From NCBI RefSeq assembly GCF_052425735.1, contig NC_135760.1, positions 14,880,001-14,944,000 on the forward strand: 64,000 nucleotides of DNA, in the 5' to 3' direction. The notes beneath the pieces are model-generated. The model was not told the origin of the DNA, searched no databases, and worked only from the letters and a program-made list of their open reading frames with translations. Both the position numbers and the translations under genes were made by a program. The stretch is from Oculina patagonica. Its lineage: Eukaryota. Shown piece by piece: positions 59,427 to 64,000 of the stretch; position 1 is the first letter of the stretch; every line of letters begins with the position of its first letter.

Positions 59427-62400
59427 ATGTTTTTTTCGTTACTGCTAAGAGGCACGCTGTTGCTTCTTGTAGTAAACCATTCTATTGCTCAAGAATGGTA
59501 CACGCAAGACAATTATGGACCGGAGTTTTACTCGACGAGTATGGTCCAAGATACACAACCTTCATTTGTGGAGAAAAGAGAAGCTGTAAACACAGCTAAT
59601 GACTCAAAATCCGTTTATTTGTCGGATTACGCGCCAAATGTGCGTCAAAAACGAGGCACGGACGATGCTGACATCGAGCAGCACAGTAGTGACGTCACAG
59701 AGTACTCGCCAAATGACGTTTCAGATCACGTGGACACCGTGTCCGAGGACAATGTACAAGCCATTGATCCGAACAGTTCTTTGGATATGAACGATCACAG
59801 TAATACCAACAACGGTAATGAATACGCGCACAGTGATACCAACAGTGATGGCGGTTTTTATAACAATGAAACGACTGACAAAGCGTTGGAAAGCCCTGAA
59901 ATAAGCCGTGAGAATGACGTCATGGACTCCAGAGAGGAACCAAGGAATCAACCAGCCAATGAAACAGCCAATGGTTATGAAGATACGTCTGAAACAACAG
60001 CTTCCAGTAACGATGCAGTTGCGATGCACGAAGGCTCTGGAACATACTCGAATCAAGACGATGACAGCCATATGACAAACAAAATAGAAAATGATAATAA
60101 AGAGGGCCAAGAAAATGATGCTGAGCCTGACGAAAGCGATGAAAAGAACGTTGTTGAAAAAGAACACGAAGATAACAAAACAACAACAACGACAAGCTCA
60201 AGTAAAGATGGCAGTGGAAGCGAGCCGAAAAGAAGCGAAGAAGAAGATGATGATGATGAATGGGTAAAAGTTGACGACGACGAAGACGAAGACGAACAGC
60301 CCGTGAAAAGACAAAATTTGGGTATGAAGATAAAGGAGTTTTCTATTGAGTGTCGCAATAATCATTCTGACCAATCACAAAAGGACACAAACAATCCAGT
60401 GAACCAATCAAAACTCGAGGCAGTCAGACAGACATGTAGCCGGCACGAAGCACGGGATAACGTGCACGAGCTAGTCACGATTTGTTTTGGTTTTTCTTCT
60501 GATTGGATGGCAAAGAGGCGCGAACTTTTTTAACCAATCACTAAGAGTAGTACTTAATGCAAAACCAAAACCAAAACAAAAGCGAATTTCTTTCGACACT
60601 CAATTGAAAATCACTCCAATGTACTGAAAGATGTCCTTCAGACTGACGATCACAACACTGTTGCTGGTGTACCGTTTTGGTTTTTAGCTGCATTAAATAA
60701 AGAAAGGTATTATAAAGATGCCGTTGGGTTACTATTTTATAAAGGGTTAAATTGACTATCTATTTTGCATTTTATTCTGTAGCTTGGGGTGCTCCAAGCC
60801 AACAGTACAGTTATTCCAATCTACAGTGCTGTCCACCGAACATGATCTGCCCAGGTTTGTTCCACTGTAATTCATGACATTGTTTTACAATACAATACAA
60901 ATTTTATTGTCACCTCCCCATGGGGGTTTTTGAGAGACAATGAAAAAAAAATACGATAAAATATAATAAATTATTTATAAAATATTATTAATAAAACTAT
61001 TTACAATGATAGAATAAAAATTCTTAGAAATGCTAAAAATTGTCTATAAAAAGTAATTGCTAAGACTAATCACATGTAGAGTTTATGACATTAAAAACTG
61101 ATTTTAAGGTATCACGGAAGGAAAACTGGCGTTTTCGTTCCAAGTGAAATTGTGTGCAAACCATCAGTGGTAATCCCAAAAATGGCATTTTTACGCTTTT
61201 TTAGGATTAAAAATTCATAAAAAAATAATGGAGCAAGAAAAGAAAAATCTGAGACACGGTTTTTTGAGACCAATATATATAGATCAAATTCCACATAAAA
61301 GTTTTGGCTCTCATGTAAAAGTGTTCTCAAATAAACCTAAAGTTGCGCAACATCATAATTGCAAACAAAATGCTGACGTTGCTTATTATGGTCTATATGA
61401 AGTAGAAAAAATCCACAATTACAATCTTTATTCAATAAGCTGTCAGAAAATATATACTTTATCGGAATTACCATTGATGGTTTGCACACAATTTCAATTG
61501 GAACGAAAACGCCAATTTTCCTTCCGTGATACCTCAAAGATAAGCTTTCATTTTGCGTTTAAAAATGAATAAGCGATTCACTTAATTTAAAATGGAGTTT
61601 CAGTGCATTCCACAAAGTTGCAGCTCTAGTGTTTTCTATACTACCTTTTATAACATCCACTTTATGTGGATGAAACACTTAACGGTCATGGCAAACATTA
61701 GGTTTTAACGCGAATGTCCTGGTTTTCACGTTCTTTTTCAGACAAGCCTCCATGTGTCCCAAACACCGGAGGGTACAAAGGTTACCAGGGTTACGTCAAT
61801 TATCCCGGATATCCTAGTTACCAGGCTCCTGCTGCACCAAGCTTCCAGCCTCAAGTCGCCCCCACTCCACCCCAGTACGTAATGACTGCACCGCCCGCTA
61901 AAGGCAGCAAGTCCAGCCCAGTAAAGGCGCGACCAACAGCAGAGAAGGCTTCCACAAGGAAGGTCTCCTCTGGGGACCAGACGAGAGGCAAAGGTGCTTC
62001 GCCGCAAACAAAGGATTCAATATCAGATGCAGATGAGTTCGCAGAATACAACGGAACATCGCAGAGCTTTGCAGGTTACAGCTATAAGCAAAATGAAGAC
62101 AAGTTCTACAAAAGTTCTTCCAAACATGAAGACGAAAAGAGTGCATTTCCAGGAAGGAATGACTCGAGATCATTTACAGCTCAATTCGGTGAAAAGGAAA
62201 CCAATGACATTCCAGAAAATGATTCCATTAAGAAGGCCCAAAAAGAAGAATCGCATAACAAAAAGCAGAAATCTTCTGATGAGCCCGACTACAAGGACGA
62301 AATTGAGAAAGAAGCTGTTGAACAAGAAAAAGAAGCCGATAAAAAAGCTGAGGAAGAAGGAGGTCACCATGACAACGACGACGATGATGATGATGACGAC

Positions 62401-63709
62401 GAAGATGACGACAGTGATGATGAAGATGACGATGATGAGCAGAATGATGAGGATGATGAGGAGTTAAAGGACGAGGGACACTCCGTGCATGATAACACTG
62501 AGCAAAAGGACGACATTAACAATCCCGCTGAACAGTCTTTTGCCGTTTCACCCACAGTGGTACCGGGAATGTGTCCGCCATGTCGTAAGTAACACTTTAT
62601 CGTTTTTAACAGTTTCGCGGCTTGATTAATCACCTAGTCCTCAGAAAGGATAATATCTCCTGATGTAATTGCTGATGTTGCAAACGGTTATCACAAGCAT
62701 CCAAATCTTACCATGACTAAGATTGGACACGATAACTGAGAATAACAAAATTACAAATACAGAAATGAGCATAAAATAACTAACATCGACTGTCCCGAAG
62801 AATGCAGGAAAATGACAAAGCGAAATAAACGAGAAAACTTACAAGACGAATGTGACGAATCCAAAACTTAAAAGACGAATTGGAAGCTATAAACTGGAAA
62901 CTCAAAACCTAACTAACAGAATCAATAAATTACACGTCAACAGAAGATATACAAAATGCAAATGAATATGACATGTTAAAAAAGGCTACTAAACAAAGGA
63001 AACTAACTACACGAAAAATAACACGAAACTATGAAACTCTGTACGAACTATGAAATTCACGTACGAAAATTCTGGCGCCCACAATAGCGAAGTGCGCGAG
63101 GTCTAAAAATAGAATGCAAATGATGTAACCTCCACGAGGCTCAGAAAACATCAGCGTGTTATGAGAAAAATAGAAAGAATCTAGGCGAAGTTTTCGTTTG
63201 ATGAAAGTATTTTTATGGAACACCAGCTGTTTTAGAAAGTGTTTAGGAAAATCGTCCGCCATTTCGGTTTGTGTGTCTGAGTCTTGTCTGAGTCGTGACG
63301 CCACTCGCGCGCTTCGGTATTGCCAACTGCGGATTAAAGCCCGAAAACTTGCGTCTACTTGCGTCTCCGCTTGGCCAAGACTTGCGTACACTTGCGTTGC
63401 ATTTTATGTTGTATTTTCTATAATGTAATTCAGGAAGTTCATTTATGTGGCAGTTGCATTTGTTCAAAAAGGTAGTTACAAGAGCATCATAGTAGTGAGA
63501 AGCGAACCATTTACTCAACCTCGTTCCCAGGGCTTTTCCCTTGGTAATTTGGAACGGGCGGGAAAAGCCCTGGGAACGAGGTTGTTATTTACTATCATAG
63601 GACATAAAACCAGTACACAGTTGATATTTTAATTGGTCTTGCTCATTATTTCAAAACAGTAAAATATATTTCCTTTCTTTTTCTTCAGCCAAACCAACTA
63701 AAGCACAAG
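59427..63709 (+). CDS. Secreted acidic (Asp/Glu-rich) low-complexity preproprotein; 3' end lies beyond the window
   Basis: Exons 59427-60321, 60783-60854, 61742-62584, 63689-63709 (all phase 1). Signal peptide MFFSLLLRGTLLLLVVNHSIA; four KR sites; poly-Asp tract at 62365-62463; Cys/Pro motifs CCPPNMICPDKPPC and MCPPC. Confidence 0.85.
61108..61533. mobile_element. Kolobok-like MITE
   Basis: ttaa|ggtatcacggaaggaaaactggcg ... cgccaattttccttccgtgatacc|tcaa; long (~65-bp) TIRs. Confidence 0.8.
63516..63584. mobile_element. Short hairpin MITE
   Basis: caacctcgttcccagggcttttccc / gggaaaagccctgggaacgaggttg; TSD-like ccatttact/ttatttact. Confidence 0.75.
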
Positions 63710-64000
63710 GTAAGAGGTCTAACACCAAAATACTGTCCATTCAAATAATTCTTAGAAATTAAGCTGGTATCGCAAAAGTGCATATAAAAGGTTTTTACTC
63801 AGTGAGAAACTTCTCATCTTAGAACTTAAACAACATTAAAAAAGATTCATTTTTTGCAAAAACTACTAAAATTGCAGCCAGGATTCGTGATTCAAGTCTG
63901 CAAAATGTTTGACACTGGCTTAGAATAACGTTAAGACATTCATCTGACCCTGAAATTAGATAATTGCAGCAGAAAGGAAGAGAAAGAAAAAAAAATACTA

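Noticed and set aside
60322-60533. C-terminal part of the 374-aa ORF 59409-60533
   Set aside because: Read-through past the donor at 60322 into an interspersed repeat, apparently related to the one near 5047-5322.
59599-62633. Antisense and alternative-frame ORFs over the acidic protein exons
   Set aside because: Shadows of GAT/GAC/GAA-rich low-complexity coding sequence.

Overview
Eukaryotic, intron-rich animal DNA, most likely from a scleractinian coral or other anthozoan (inferred from gene content and repeat types). The ORF track is mostly exon fragments and spurious frames. Eight spliced genes were reconstructed by hand from GT-AG junctions and phase checks. In order: a yippee-like gene (-, 114 aa); a convergent inverted pair of D-2-hydroxyacid dehydrogenase/glyoxylate reductase-like paralogs (+ 339 aa, - 328 aa); DEPTOR (-, 383 aa); acid sphingomyelinase SMPD1 (-, 13 exons, with an apparent 1-nt frameshift); a C-type lectin-EGF-transmembrane receptor (+, about 304 aa); an SLC22 organic cation transporter (+, 553 aa); and a large secreted Asp/Glu-rich preproprotein that runs off the right end. 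The lectin's first intron holds an intronless antisense orphan ORF. Introns and intergenic DNA are packed with MITEs (TA, TTAA, 5-, 6-, 8- and 9-10-bp TSDs, several nested), tRNA-derived SINEs, and LINE and Penelope-like fragments. Most notable: (1) a 425-bp insert made of about 1.6 permuted copies of a 258-bp tRNA-containing unit with a 12-bp TSD; (2) an outward-facing inverted pair of minimal hammerhead-like motifs upstream of SMPD1; (3) the nested orphan ORF with a possible OB-fold/SSB-like pattern; (4) mosaic divergence of the dehydrogenase pair; (5) a perfect CLEAR box in the SMPD1 promoter.
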